Virus record (IMG/VR): IMGVR_UViG_3300048837_000975
Location: 1 to 64,000 of that record
DNA: 64,000 bases
Strand: one strand, 5' to 3'
From: a virus
How positions within the stretch are numbered: position 1 is the stretch's first letter; every line of letters starts with the position of its first letter. The position numbers and the translations under genes are program-made. The notes under the pieces are model-generated. The model saw only the letters and a list, made by a program, of their open reading frames with translations, was not told the origin of the DNA and ran no database searches. Shown here piece by piece: positions 6,890 to 17,189 of the stretch.

Positions 6890-8309
6890 TGCTATCGGCC
6901 TCTAATTCGCTCTCCAGTGGACCTGAAAATTCTACGGACTCCTCGTCCTCTGTTTCGTCGTCAAAAGTTTCTCGAACGTACTTGCCGGTCAGCCCAACGG
7001 TCACGAATTTTGGATCAATCTTGTCCATCACAGCAAGAGACCTTATGCTTGAGTTCCAGGACGTTACGTAGTCAGGAAAGTCGGTATCAAGCGACCCGTA
7101 GTTCACCGACCCGTCGTAGTCATCCCGAAGCGCGTCTTCGTCTGCAAGCAGCTTCTTTCCCGTCAGCGCGCGCCCCTCTATTCGCAGCACCACAGAATCT
7201 TCTCCGTTGCGTACCGCTATAGTCTGCGCAATGGCAGCTGCATATGAAAGGCTGCTGGTGAGGTACACCGCCTCCTGAACCTCCCAGTTCCACGCGGGGG
7301 TCCAGCCTTCATTCCCGAACGGAATCAACCCTTTACGCTGAATAGACGGAAGGTTCTTCTTGAGCGTAGCGTGATACCACTCAACGTCCTCTGGATGCTT
7401 GAGCGCAAGGTACTCGTAGTCAGTGTCAAGTACTCTTGATCGGCTGGGCTTGTGCGGCATCGTTTCCTTGATGCTGCGCAGGCTTCCGACGTACTTCTTG
7501 AGGTTCATTCCGGAAGAGACGCCGATCCAGGCGCCGTCTCCGCGCAGGTATTGAAGCTCCTTCACCTCGAGATCATCCCACTCGGGAACGTTGTCGAAGA
7601 TCTGCTTCAGAGCGTGAGCGGTTGTCGGCGAGTCGTAGCTTCCGTGGATCCAGATCTCACCCTGCAGAGGCTTCACGGTAAGGAACGTCTTTCCTCTTCC
7701 CCACCACACGAGTTTTCCGTCGTACCAGGCAAGAGGAATGCCGTTTCCAAGCTGGAACAAGTCCTTTTTGCTTTGGCTCTCCACCATCTCTCGAAGCAGG
7801 TCAACGAACGGAGACCCGTCCGCCATGCCCCACTTGATCGGAAGCTTCGGATTCTTATTCAGATACTTTCCGGACCAGAACTCAGAGATGAACTTCTTGA
7901 GCTTCGCAGCTCCGCCTCGCTTGTACTCGAAGATCTCGGTTGCATTCTGTGAATCTGAGGTCTGCTCAACCTGAAGCTCGCCGCACACGCGAAGCATATC
8001 CAGAATGGCGTCCAGCTGCTCCTTGGTTGGTTTGAAGTAAATGTCGAATCCGCAATTTTCAGGCAGCCACCGAATCGACTTGGTGTCACGCATCCAGGCG
8101 ACGACGCTAGGCCATCTCGAACCAAGTCTGTCTTCGACTGGAATGATTCCAGAGACTCCGCGATGGTCGTCCGCTCGGTTTCCGTCGACACCCATCTTAA
8201 GCCAGCGTCCGTCATGCGTTAGGTACCCGGACTCCATCGGCTTGTTCGTGTAACGGGATCCGTACGCCTGCTCAAGGTACTCAGCGTACTCCTCAAAGTG
8301 CTTGTTCAC
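6876..8309 (-). CDS. multidomain protein with C-terminal ADP-ribosyltransferase/Tpt1-like domain
   Basis: WYHATLKKNLPSIQRKGL ... AVYLTSS ... VVLRI is a typical H-Y/Tpt1-like ART-fold signature. Confidence 0.7.
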   Translation of the reverse strand: MNKHFEEYAEYLEQAYGSRYTNKPMESGYLTHDGRWLKMGVDGNRADDHRGVSGIIPVEDRLGSRWPSVVAWMRDTKSIRWLPENCGFDIYFKPTKEQLDAILDMLRVCGELQVEQTSDSQNATEIFEYKRGGAAKLKKFISEFWSGKYLNKNPKLPIKWGMADGSPFVDLLREMVESQSKKDLFQLGNGIPLAWYDGKLVWWGRGKTFLTVKPLQGEIWIHGSYDSPTTAHALKQIFDNVPEWDDLEVKELQYLRGDGAWIGVSSGMNLKKYVGSLRSIKETMPHKPSRSRVLDTDYEYLALKHPEDVEWYHATLKKNLPSIQRKGLIPFGNEGWTPAWNWEVQEAVYLTSSLSYAAAIAQTIAVRNGEDSVVLRIEGRALTGKKLLADEDALRDDYDGSVNYGSLDTDFPDYVTSWNSSIRSLAVMDKIDPKFVTVGLTGKYVRETFDDETEDEESVEFSGPLESELEADSNDLT

Positions 8310-10108
8310 GAGTCTTCTCCAGCGAGGTAGAGGTATACGTCCTTGATTACTCTGCGCTTGTTAGCCTCTGTCATCTCACTATACGGCCACCGTGTAAGCG
8401 CGTCTTGAATCATCGCGTCTACCTCTCTTCTGCAAACAGCTGAGCTGATTGAGTTGCAGCCAACAGTAGGCATCTCTTCTCTAACCCAAACGGCTAGCTC
8501 GTTACCGAACGCCTTCACTTCAGCTGTGTCGTTTACGTAAGCCGCGTCAGTCGAGTCTTTGCTGTAGCTCGGCTTTAAGCCCTTCTGTACCTTCTTGTCC
8601 AGGATATGTGTCAGCTCATGGCGAAGAACTCGCTCGATTGCCCTGACGGCTAACCATGACTTGAAGTGAGAGATCCTGTGGTCTCCGTTCAGTTGAATCT
8701 CAACGTTCGCTCGCGACCCCGACCAATACGCTTCACCTTTTAGGCATGTACTAATAACCTTTCTTCCTGGATCAACAGCTTTTATTGTCACATTCACCCA
8801 TACTCCGGCGATACGGATCGCAACCACAAGAGAATTGCCTCCAAATGCCTCGTAGAGCGGAACCCCGCGTAGCGTTTCCAACTTTGAGTTGTCCGCTTCG
8901 ATCCAAACAGGATCGATAGACTCGAACATCCTTTCCAGGATCTTCTGCGCAGCCTTGTTGGCCTCCTCAAAGTTCAGCTGAATGCGCTTGTTTGGCTCGA
9001 GTTCCTTCTCGTCCTCTTCTTCTTCGTCCTCCTCTTTCTTGTTCTTGAACTCGCCATCCAGGGCTCGCTCAGCAAGCTCCACAGCCTCCTCTATGCTGTC
9101 GCATTCGGCGCCATCAAAGCCAATCAGCGAATCTGGGTCAAGCCAAACATTCCCGCCCCCAGACACGGAGCCAGTGAAAACACTGTACTCGGAACAGATC
9201 GGGAATATACACTGCCACTGGTTGTCCGTTACGTGAAACGACTTCACAGCGCAGTCTGTTTTGAACAAAACAAAGTTACGCCCATACTGAGAAGAGGCGC
9301 TCCTTATATCTCTCCAACTGTCGGATGCATCCATTGCGAACGCCCATATGACTTCGTATAACCCTATATTGTCGCTAACATTCTCCGGACAGGAAGCCTC
9401 TTGCTTGTTGAAATGAGTCGACATCGCCAGCGTTTCAAGCGTAGCTCCGTATTTGAACGACGAGAAGTTTTTGGACGTAAAGTGAATCAGCCAGGTTCCT
9501 TCTGGAAGAACCTCAGTATTCCCAAAGTAGCGATATGCCGGAGCTTCGAGCCCTAGATCATTTTGTTGTATATACTCGTCAACGTACTTCTCGAACTCTT
9601 TCTTTTTGTCCTCAGGAAGGTTTTCGTACCCCTCATCAAACTCACCATCTGACCATTCGTCAGTCAACCAACCATAGTCGTAGTAGTCGACATCTTGATC
9701 AAGATACTCTTTTAGCCACTTCGCTTGGCACCCGTAACCGTTCTTCCGGAACCCAGAAACTCTTCCCGACCACGCCAGCCCATCGCCGCTCATCATTCGC
9801 TTGTCAGGTAGCCGAATCTCAAAGTCCTTCGACGCTCGCTCATACAGCTTCGTCGCGATACCCTTCCTGCGCCACTCAGGAGACGTGTAGACGTTGGCGA
9901 TCACGGAGATGCCCGGAGATATCTCCACTACCTGAAGAACGCCTACGGCAGCGCCCTGCTTCGAGTACAGGTACCGGTTACTGCCGTGCGGGCTCTTGTA
10001 GACCGAGATTCCGTCTCGCACGGTCGTTCCGGTCTCCGCTCCGATTCCAGGAGCCTTTCCCTTGGGAGCCAGGTACGCGCTCAGGTCAACGTCTTCTCGA
10101 TTAGCCAT
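8306..10108 (-). CDS. polyvalent protein: GNAT acetyltransferase + unknown domain + zincin metallopeptidase
   Basis: VYTSPEWRRKGIATKLY (acetyl-CoA motif A); LIHFT central domain; LRHELTHILD (HExxH) and EVKAF. Confidence 0.75.
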   Translation of the reverse strand: MANREDVDLSAYLAPKGKAPGIGAETGTTVRDGISVYKSPHGSNRYLYSKQGAAVGVLQVVEISPGISVIANVYTSPEWRRKGIATKLYERASKDFEIRLPDKRMMSGDGLAWSGRVSGFRKNGYGCQAKWLKEYLDQDVDYYDYGWLTDEWSDGEFDEGYENLPEDKKKEFEKYVDEYIQQNDLGLEAPAYRYFGNTEVLPEGTWLIHFTSKNFSSFKYGATLETLAMSTHFNKQEASCPENVSDNIGLYEVIWAFAMDASDSWRDIRSASSQYGRNFVLFKTDCAVKSFHVTDNQWQCIFPICSEYSVFTGSVSGGGNVWLDPDSLIGFDGAECDSIEEAVELAERALDGEFKNKKEEDEEEEDEKELEPNKRIQLNFEEANKAAQKILERMFESIDPVWIEADNSKLETLRGVPLYEAFGGNSLVVAIRIAGVWVNVTIKAVDPGRKVISTCLKGEAYWSGSRANVEIQLNGDHRISHFKSWLAVRAIERVLRHELTHILDKKVQKGLKPSYSKDSTDAAYVNDTAEVKAFGNELAVWVREEMPTVGCNSISSAVCRREVDAMIQDALTRWPYSEMTEANKRRVIKDVYLYLAGEDS

Positions 10109-10860
10109 GGTCGTCCGTCCACCGTAAACTCGATAACGCGCCTAGATATCTCCTCCGAGAACGACTGCACTCCAAAGTGCTGTCTACGAAGGTCCGGAGA
10201 AACGTTTCCGATACCGGAGTATACCTCTTCGACCCAGCTTTCACCAAGTTCGCGTTCATCAAGATCGCCGATGTCTTTGCGATCTAGAGTGCGCATCAGC
10301 TCGGAGCCGTACGACTCGTAATTGAAGTGGCGGATAAGCTCTTCCTCAGTCAGTTGACCCTCATCCAACAGTCGCTGAGCGAGGTCTAGCGCATTGCCCT
10401 GAAAGGCGCGAATTGCTCCGATCTCAATCATGCCCAAAGCAGTGATGAGAGAAGTTGCGATCTTCGGATTTAGCGCGCCGCAGCGGATGAGTCCGATCAG
10501 CGCCGCAGCTTGCGGTTCGGTCATCTTCTCGAGCTTTGTAAACCAAAGTTCGAGATGCTTGATGGTGATGCCGATCGTGTCGAACAGCTCCTTAAGGTGC
10601 TGTGGGCCATCGGAGAAGAACGCCCTCAGCCCAGGATCCCAGCAGAACGCAGCTTCGCTCGACGAGGAAACGTACCGACCCTTTCCGCCGTTGATCGGCT
10701 TCAGCAGGATCTCGGTTACGTATCCCTGTAGAGGTATTGCTTTTTCCGGCTCTTCGTCTTTACGGCGGCGACGCTTCTTCGGAACGTGCTTACCTTGATC
10801 CGGCAGCCGCGTGAGCAGGAGGTTATTCGGTCCTTCGACTTCTGTTGAGAGCTGATCCAT
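10081..10860 (-). CDS. ArdA-like antirestriction (DNA-mimic) protein, divergent
   Basis: Acidic C-terminal half with two copies of the ArdA-like motif (LIRHFNYESYGSEL; RRQHFGVQSFSEEI). Confidence 0.55.
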   Translation of the reverse strand: MDQLSTEVEGPNNLLLTRLPDQGKHVPKKRRRRKDEEPEKAIPLQGYVTEILLKPINGGKGRYVSSSSEAAFCWDPGLRAFFSDGPQHLKELFDTIGITIKHLELWFTKLEKMTEPQAAALIGLIRCGALNPKIATSLITALGMIEIGAIRAFQGNALDLAQRLLDEGQLTEEELIRHFNYESYGSELMRTLDRKDIGDLDERELGESWVEEVYSGIGNVSPDLRRQHFGVQSFSEEISRRVIEFTVDGRPWLIEKTLT

Positions 10861-10917
10861 GTCGGTCTGGGTTTGGAAGTGTTCCTGCCGGACTCTGGCA
10901 TGTGATCCGCCTCCTCG

Positions 10918-13269
10918 TCAAGTGCCAAACGGAGTGTCTGAAATCATTCCTGATGTGTCGTATGGTCGCCACCGATCAAGCACGTCGCCCCAGCTCTGGT
11001 CGGTAGCGTAGGTAACCCCATCAAAGTCACCTGGATAGTTTCTGGCGAACGTTTCTCGGATCAGCTTACGCAACTTGCCCCAAGCGTCTTGCTCTCGGTA
11101 CTGTCCTGGATATTCCTGTTCAAGCACCAGAGACGCCTGACGATCGCTGATTCTCACGAAGGTTCCGCGACCGAGTCTAGCTGGGGACTGAGCAAAGAAC
11201 TCATAGTAGAGACCTTTTGGAGTCTCAATGGCAACGCCAGTCACACCCTCCCACTTGTCCGCGTCCCAGAGTTTCACCTCTGAGCCGGAAAGATCTGGCG
11301 CGAACCCAATGTCATCGATCTCGCCTCCAAGCTCCTCGCGCGGCTTAGCAACCCGCTTCTCCTTCGGATCCTTGCTTGCCTTCACCTCGGAGTAGACGGC
11401 TCGCTTCAGCTTGGGCATACCCTCGCGAAGTCGAGCGCACTTAGCAACGTTCATAGTGAACGCTGAGGAGAAGGATTCGTTATGGTACGAGATCCCGTTT
11501 GCCATGTGCGTACACTCGTGAATTGCCAGAGCAAGCAGTAGATCGAGGTCGTCTTTGCTGGTGACGCTGAGCAGCTCCGACATCGAAGCCCCATCTTTGA
11601 ACGGGTTCAGCAGAAGCCACGTCTCGTCTTCCTCGTCGGTTAGACACGAAGCAGCCTGAACATCGCCATAGGACTCGGCTCCGTTGTCGAACACGAAACC
11701 AATGCCGTACTCTTTTGTACACCCTAGGTTAGCTAACACCATCCTGCAGGTTTCAGCCCACATCTTAGCCAGCTTGCGCATCGGGTCGGACATGCCCTCT
11801 GGCTTGAACTTCTTCGGAATCGTGTAACCGGGAATCACCGAGTACAGGTAGAAGTCTGGTTGCCACACAAGCTGTCGAGCAATGGCTTCTACCTGAGATG
11901 GTCCGGCTACGCCAATCGCCGACAACACTGCTCCAGCTGTTTCGCTGGAAGATATTAGCGATAATGAGTCAGATCCGCCAGACGAAAACCTGCCAAGAAG
12001 AGACTCTAGGATCCTCAACGCTTGCGCCTGGTTCTTGGCTGATATCTCAACGGGCTTACCAGAGTAGTCGGCGTCAATGCATTCAGTAAGCGCAGCCGCA
12101 GCTCGCTGTTGAGCGCGCTTATCCTCGGCAGAGAACTTACCAGAACCTTGGTACTTGACGCGCTCAATCTTCTCTTTGCCTCGAAGAGCAGACTTCACGT
12201 CCACAGCAAGCTGGTTGCGGAACTTGCTGATTGCGTTCTCAAGCTCCCAGTCTCTCCATGATTGGCGATTGTCGTTCAGAAGCTCGATTGTTGGTCCAGT
12301 GATCTCGCAGATCAGCTGACCCTTCACGTCATCAGGGAGATGCTCGCTCCACATGAACAGCGACCCACGACCGTCAGCGCTCTTGGCTCGAATCAGCATT
12401 CGGTTTTCAAAACGCTGACTCTTCTCGAAACCCTTAGCGAAGCAGATTTCAGCCTTCCCGGCTACCTCCTTGATTGTTTCGCCGGGCGCGAGATTCGGTG
12501 AGCTGTCTTTGCTCACTGAAACTACACCGTCACTGTTCCTAAACGTGAAAGAGACTCCGGGCAGAAAGCACTTAGACACGAACGCGATAGCGCAGGAGAT
12601 ATCGGTCGAGTCGTCGCCTGGCATAATCACCGTCAGACGTGTGCCGCCGATGTCGGTGCCCTTTGAAACCTCATACGAAATGTTCTGTCCGGTAACGATC
12701 AGGTCTCGACTCTGAATCTCCCAGCCGAGCCACGGAAGAATCAGCAATTCCTTCGCTTTACCGAATCCGCCAGTTGATCCAGAACCGGTTTTCTTGGTTG
12801 TTCCGCCAAGCACCAAGAACTTATTCAGAAGAACGTCATCATTCATGCCTCCGCCGTTGTCGATGACAGACACGCGGACGTTTCCTCCGTCTATGCTCAC
12901 GCACTCACACTCGATGCGAGTCGCGCCAGCGTCAACGCTGTTCTGAATCGCTTCACGCCACCAGGCCTCTTTCCAACCACGGTACGTCTTTAATGCCGTA
13001 GAGAAGAATTGGGCGCCGATGCCGATCTGTGGGTTGCGATTCATTCCTGAAGAGACTAGCGAGCCTTCGTCAGCAACGCCAGACTTTCCGACCTGCACGG
13101 CGATGACACTAGTTCCGTCGTCCTCTCGACGCTCACCAAGCAGCTTCGCCTCACCAGCGACCACCATGGCATTCAAAACCTGATAAGCCTGGCTTCCACT
13201 GCGGGCGACGTAACGCCCGTTCGGAATCTCGTCTTCAGGAAGCGTGTCTACGAAGTCTGCGCGCAGCAT
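10918..13269 (-). CDS. GHKL (Hsp90/MORC-like) ATPase fused to HExxH peptidase-like domain
   Basis: REAIQNSVDA (N box), DNGGGM (G1), GGFGKA (G2), GGT (G3); later AIHECTH..H. Confidence 0.8.
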   Translation of the reverse strand: MLRADFVDTLPEDEIPNGRYVARSGSQAYQVLNAMVVAGEAKLLGERREDDGTSVIAVQVGKSGVADEGSLVSSGMNRNPQIGIGAQFFSTALKTYRGWKEAWWREAIQNSVDAGATRIECECVSIDGGNVRVSVIDNGGGMNDDVLLNKFLVLGGTTKKTGSGSTGGFGKAKELLILPWLGWEIQSRDLIVTGQNISYEVSKGTDIGGTRLTVIMPGDDSTDISCAIAFVSKCFLPGVSFTFRNSDGVVSVSKDSSPNLAPGETIKEVAGKAEICFAKGFEKSQRFENRMLIRAKSADGRGSLFMWSEHLPDDVKGQLICEITGPTIELLNDNRQSWRDWELENAISKFRNQLAVDVKSALRGKEKIERVKYQGSGKFSAEDKRAQQRAAAALTECIDADYSGKPVEISAKNQAQALRILESLLGRFSSGGSDSLSLISSSETAGAVLSAIGVAGPSQVEAIARQLVWQPDFYLYSVIPGYTIPKKFKPEGMSDPMRKLAKMWAETCRMVLANLGCTKEYGIGFVFDNGAESYGDVQAASCLTDEEDETWLLLNPFKDGASMSELLSVTSKDDLDLLLALAIHECTHMANGISYHNESFSSAFTMNVAKCARLREGMPKLKRAVYSEVKASKDPKEKRVAKPREELGGEIDDIGFAPDLSGSEVKLWDADKWEGVTGVAIETPKGLYYEFFAQSPARLGRGTFVRISDRQASLVLEQEYPGQYREQDAWGKLRKLIRETFARNYPGDFDGVTYATDQSWGDVLDRWRPYDTSGMISDTPFGT

Positions 13270-13287
13270 AGGGCTAAGAATAGCAGA

Positions 13288-14040
13288 CTACCGTTTGCTC
13301 GGCAAGTAGACGCGAACCACATCGAAAGACCTTGATTCGGGATCCAATCCCTTGGACACGACTCGACCTCGCGCGCCGTGCTGAGCTCCGATCCTGGCGA
13401 AAGCCTCAGGCTTGTCCAGGGAGAACGGACCGTACGGGCCCTCTCCGATCACTGGCATACTCTTGCTGTCGACCACCCAGACGTAGTGGCCGAACGAATA
13501 CTCGTTCCAGCCATTCGGAGTCATCGCTTGCTCGGGCCCATGAATTGGGTAATCGGCCGTCATTGCCTGCTCAAGCGGAACGGTGCCGTAGTACCTCTCC
13601 TCGTGAGGCTCTGCGCTGTTTGTGTAGATTTCGATGCGATCGATTCCGATCACCGGAACGTCGATCAGCCGGTCAGCGATGATGCGCTGAGTTCGCTTGG
13701 TGAGCTTGTTGAGATTGAAGATGCCATCCCACTGAGTGATCGCTCCGTCGCGAAACAACGACGGCAAGCTTCTTCCGAGCTCGGCGGCGAAGTCCTCGTG
13801 GTACTGGTTCTTCTTGAGAGGAACCCACCGATCCTCCCAAAAGATCGCTCTGACGCCGTTCTCCTTCTGAGGAGCAAGCGTGGGATTGTGAAGCATCCCG
13901 CACTCAGCCAGATGCGAGTAGTATTTCGGATCCTCGTCTAAGTGGTCCTTCGCGATACGCCTTGCTATTGCTCGGTCCGAGGTGTGCTCAAGTTCAACCT
14001 CGGTACCGATCGCTAACTCCTTAGCCGAGTAACGCTTCAT
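13288..14040 (-). CDS. DUF5661-like N-terminal domain protein
   Basis: ELAIGTEVELEHT..IARRIAKDHLDEDPKYYSHL. Confidence 0.75.
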   Translation of the reverse strand: MKRYSAKELAIGTEVELEHTSDRAIARRIAKDHLDEDPKYYSHLAECGMLHNPTLAPQKENGVRAIFWEDRWVPLKKNQYHEDFAAELGRSLPSLFRDGAITQWDGIFNLNKLTKRTQRIIADRLIDVPVIGIDRIEIYTNSAEPHEERYYGTVPLEQAMTADYPIHGPEQAMTPNGWNEYSFGHYVWVVDSKSMPVIGEGPYGPFSLDKPEAFARIGAQHGARGRVVSKGLDPESRSFDVVRVYLPSKR

Positions 14041-15407
14041 GTTGGCTCCGTCCAGCGCAAGGACCCAAAGAACGTCTCGTTTTGTGCGGCGATATTTTGT
14101 GCAGCCAGAACCAAAACGTCACTAGTACCAGCAAAACTAGAGGCTAGTGTCAGAATCGATGCAAGAGAATTATCTGTCGAGTCCAGGTCTTCAGAAAAGT
14201 ATCCGCTCTGAAGAACAGTTCCACCGGTAACCACCCGAGAGCCTTGTGCAGTAAGGTTCACGTCGAACTCAATCGCAGAGTTTGCTACAGGGGTCCAGAC
14301 TGCGGCGCCGGACACGGTTGGGTTCAGAAGAATCGACCAATAAGCGTTTGCATTCGTGCTAGTTGTGATCGAGAAACCGCTCGGAATAACCGGAGCGCGA
14401 TTCAGTGAAGACTGAAGCCGAATAGCGATCACCTGCTCCAGCGAGGCGTTGCTTATGACCTTTCCGGTCACTCCCCTGTCGACGCTTCTTGTGAGACCAA
14501 GCACCTGTTGCCCGCCTTCGGATGCGACCGAGCAACAGATCGCCTCGATCGACGAGGCGGCTCCGTCTCCAACGATCTCCCATCGTACCGGAAGATTCGG
14601 AGAGCGCATATATACGATATCAAGAACGTTCGCGTTTCTAAACACGTGACACAGCACGAGCTTGCCGTCAATTACGAAGCCCATTCGCGCGATGCCAACC
14701 CCGAGCCACTCGAAGTCAATGAACAGAATCTGGCTCTTGGAGAAGTCAGCTGTGTACCCGCTTGGGCCTGTACCATCAAGCGGATCAACGTTCCATGCTG
14801 CCTGGTTTACAACGTTGTTTACCGGAACTCCAGACGTGTTTGTCCTGCGAACAAATTGTGCCGTTGTGCCGCTGAGCTGGAAGATTAGACCATTGTTGTC
14901 GTCGTAGTAACCTACTCGCTTGGTAGTGTTCGCGACACCACCGTTCGTAGCCACGAAGGTAACGAAGACCTGAAAGCTCTTCCCTGGTTGGTAATTGAAG
15001 TATCGTTTTGTCTGGCGAATCGCGGTGCTACCAACGGTAGAGGTGCAAGAAAGCAGTGTGCTTGAACGGCTGTTGTTGTATACGGATGTCCCGCCGGACG
15101 CAGTATTGCCGGTGTAATACAAGGCAGGATCAAAAAACACCTGCTTGCTATCAAAAATGGTTCCTGGCTCGCTTACCCGAAGTCGTCCGAACGCGTCCGT
15201 AGAAAGATCGATTCCCTGATTCTGAAAATCAGTCATCACGGAGCTGGTCAAAAGCCTTTCGCTTTCGACAACCATCGCATTTCCGGATCCGTCGCTGCAC
15301 CTGGCGTTCGTGTCCAGCCTGGAGGACGTTACGCTCAGCGCATTTCCGGCGCTGTCGTAGAGCACAGCAACCGGAGTGATCACGCCCGTGGTACCTGAAC
15401 CGGCCAT
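14037..15407 (-). CDS. beta-rich putative virion protein
   Basis: DAFGRLRVS and IDFEWLGVG motifs recalled from conserved phage structural proteins. Confidence 0.65.
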   Translation of the reverse strand: MAGSGTTGVITPVAVLYDSAGNALSVTSSRLDTNARCSDGSGNAMVVESERLLTSSVMTDFQNQGIDLSTDAFGRLRVSEPGTIFDSKQVFFDPALYYTGNTASGGTSVYNNSRSSTLLSCTSTVGSTAIRQTKRYFNYQPGKSFQVFVTFVATNGGVANTTKRVGYYDDNNGLIFQLSGTTAQFVRRTNTSGVPVNNVVNQAAWNVDPLDGTGPSGYTADFSKSQILFIDFEWLGVGIARMGFVIDGKLVLCHVFRNANVLDIVYMRSPNLPVRWEIVGDGAASSIEAICCSVASEGGQQVLGLTRSVDRGVTGKVISNASLEQVIAIRLQSSLNRAPVIPSGFSITTSTNANAYWSILLNPTVSGAAVWTPVANSAIEFDVNLTAQGSRVVTGGTVLQSGYFSEDLDSTDNSLASILTLASSFAGTSDVLVLAAQNIAAQNETFFGSLRWTEPT

Positions 15408-15409
15408 TT

Positions 15410-15925
15410 TTAGACTACCGTTCTGTTCCTGGTTGACTCGACCAAGTTCGAGTATGTGATCGCGTCAATCACGGTAAGCACGAGAGTACCATAGATGTCA
15501 TAGTACAGGGTAGTAATCGTGCTCGGCAGACCCGTAGGATCCCTAACAACAATCTCCTCGAGAATCTTCTGAACCTTCGCAGGCGACGTGTACCACGTCG
15601 CTGATGCGTAGAACGGATCTCCTGTCGGAAGAACCTCACGGAACGCCCCGTTTACTAGAGTGTCCCCGGGCTCCAGAGAGTAGCTGATCTGAACCCAGCG
15701 ACCTCCTCCTCCGGCAGCTACGACTTCAGGGAACGCAACCGGGTTAGTGTTGTCCTTTTCAAACGCGTACAGCGCCTGCTGCGAAACAACCCAGCACATG
15801 CACCCGTCGGGCAGCGGAGTTGCGATGAGATTCTCTAGCGTGTTGCCGGGATGCCCACCCTCAGAGTTAGCAGCCCACCTTCGCGGGCTGATGAGTGCAG
15901 GAATACCCTGTGCTGAGTCGACCAT
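15410..15925 (-). CDS. putative virion protein with shared anchor module
   Basis: ANSEGG..TL...DG..WVxSQQALY module shared with 3148..5247 and 26768..29092. Confidence 0.7.
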   Translation of the reverse strand: MVDSAQGIPALISPRRWAANSEGGHPGNTLENLIATPLPDGCMCWVVSQQALYAFEKDNTNPVAFPEVVAAGGGGRWVQISYSLEPGDTLVNGAFREVLPTGDPFYASATWYTSPAKVQKILEEIVVRDPTGLPSTITTLYYDIYGTLVLTVIDAITYSNLVESTRNRTVV

Positions 15926-16001
15926 CGTGGCACTATGCCACGACCGGCAAGTTTAATCAACGGGTCATTGATCTTTGTGTCACGGAAACAGTGACGAAAC
16001 G

Positions 16002-16400
16002 TCATCGCGCACCGGGTCGAACCGTAACTCTGCCAGATATCTTGTGTTTTACAGATGAGGGCATATGACCCCATACCATGAGCGCCAGGAGCTTACGCGT
16101 GGGAGCACCATTCGAGTCGTACATCGCTCCCTGCATTCCGCTCATTCGGCGAATGAACGCGACCTGTCGTTGCGCCCAATCCCAGTCAGTTATTGTCCAC
16201 TCTTCAACCGGCTTGCGCTTCATCTTGATGATGCGACGAGCTGAGTCCTGGCCTGACCGGATTCCCTGCTTGCGCGCCTCCTCTCGGCTCAGACCAGCCA
16301 CCTGACCCTCGGGCTCGGCAAGAAATGCTTCGATCTCTTCGGCGCTCATATTCACGAGTCGCTTCCAGTTTGAATACAGCTCTCTCTGGGCAGCTTCCAT
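16002..16400 (-). CDS. DUF3140-like protein
   Basis: WKRLVNMSAEEIEAFL...SGQDSARRII...LMVWGH. Confidence 0.75.
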   Translation of the reverse strand: MEAAQRELYSNWKRLVNMSAEEIEAFLAEPEGQVAGLSREEARKQGIRSGQDSARRIIKMKRKPVEEWTITDWDWAQRQVAFIRRMSGMQGAMYDSNGAPTRKLLALMVWGHMPSSVKHKISGRVTVRPGAR

Positions 16401-16412
16401 GGAGTTCTCCGA

Positions 16413-17189
16413 TCACTCAACGGTGATGCACTGCATGTCGAAACATAGCAGATCATCAGATCCCTTGCGCCACCCGATGTTCCCGGTGTGCAGATCTGAG
16501 ATGAATATATTCTCATCGGCGAAAGCTAGCAAGGTTTGCTTCAGCTCAGACGCGATGCCTTCCGGAAGCTCCTCAATGCAGCCCCGGTACGAGTACCCAA
16601 ACTCTTCCAGAAGAGAGTTCCTGGAAACTCCAAGATCGACGTGTTCCTCCATTGAGAACACGAGATCCTCAAGGTTCGACAGAGTCTCCAGAACAGACCT
16701 AAGCGTTCCGGTTTTCGCATCATCGCCACAGTTGCACAGCTGATCGAACAATGTCTCAGGGTATTCGTAGCCCCATGAGTCAATTTCAGCTTGAACATAC
16801 CTAGCCGTACGAGGAGATACCGTGTAGCGGCACGCGCTTTGCTGCATCACCAGCGGATCGATATCTTCTCGCAGCACACACGAGACGCCGTTCATGTCGC
16901 CAACCCAGAACACACGAGGTAGCCCTAGCGGGCGCTTCACCTTGCTGGCGGCGCGCCACACGGCAGCCTCAGACCGATCGTCGGTGAACTTCAGGATCCG
17001 GCCATCGTCGGTTCTCAGCGCACACCCTTGCATTCCACAACCGACGTACTCAGCGACGCGAACCTTCTCGCGCCCAGCCTTCAGAACGCCGTCCGATGCC
17101 AGAACCTTCTGAATCACGCGGAAACCAAAGTTTCCCCATTTCCTGCGAACAAACTCGGCTGTCTGCTGGTTGATAGGTAGTGTTGTCAT
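16413..17189 (-). CDS. atypical protein kinase-like protein
   Basis: GCGMQG loop, LKFT lysine, DLHTGN catalytic loop, FDMQ. Confidence 0.75.
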   Translation of the reverse strand: MTTLPINQQTAEFVRRKWGNFGFRVIQKVLASDGVLKAGREKVRVAEYVGCGMQGCALRTDDGRILKFTDDRSEAAVWRAASKVKRPLGLPRVFWVGDMNGVSCVLREDIDPLVMQQSACRYTVSPRTARYVQAEIDSWGYEYPETLFDQLCNCGDDAKTGTLRSVLETLSNLEDLVFSMEEHVDLGVSRNSLLEEFGYSYRGCIEELPEGIASELKQTLLAFADENIFISDLHTGNIGWRKGSDDLLCFDMQCITVE

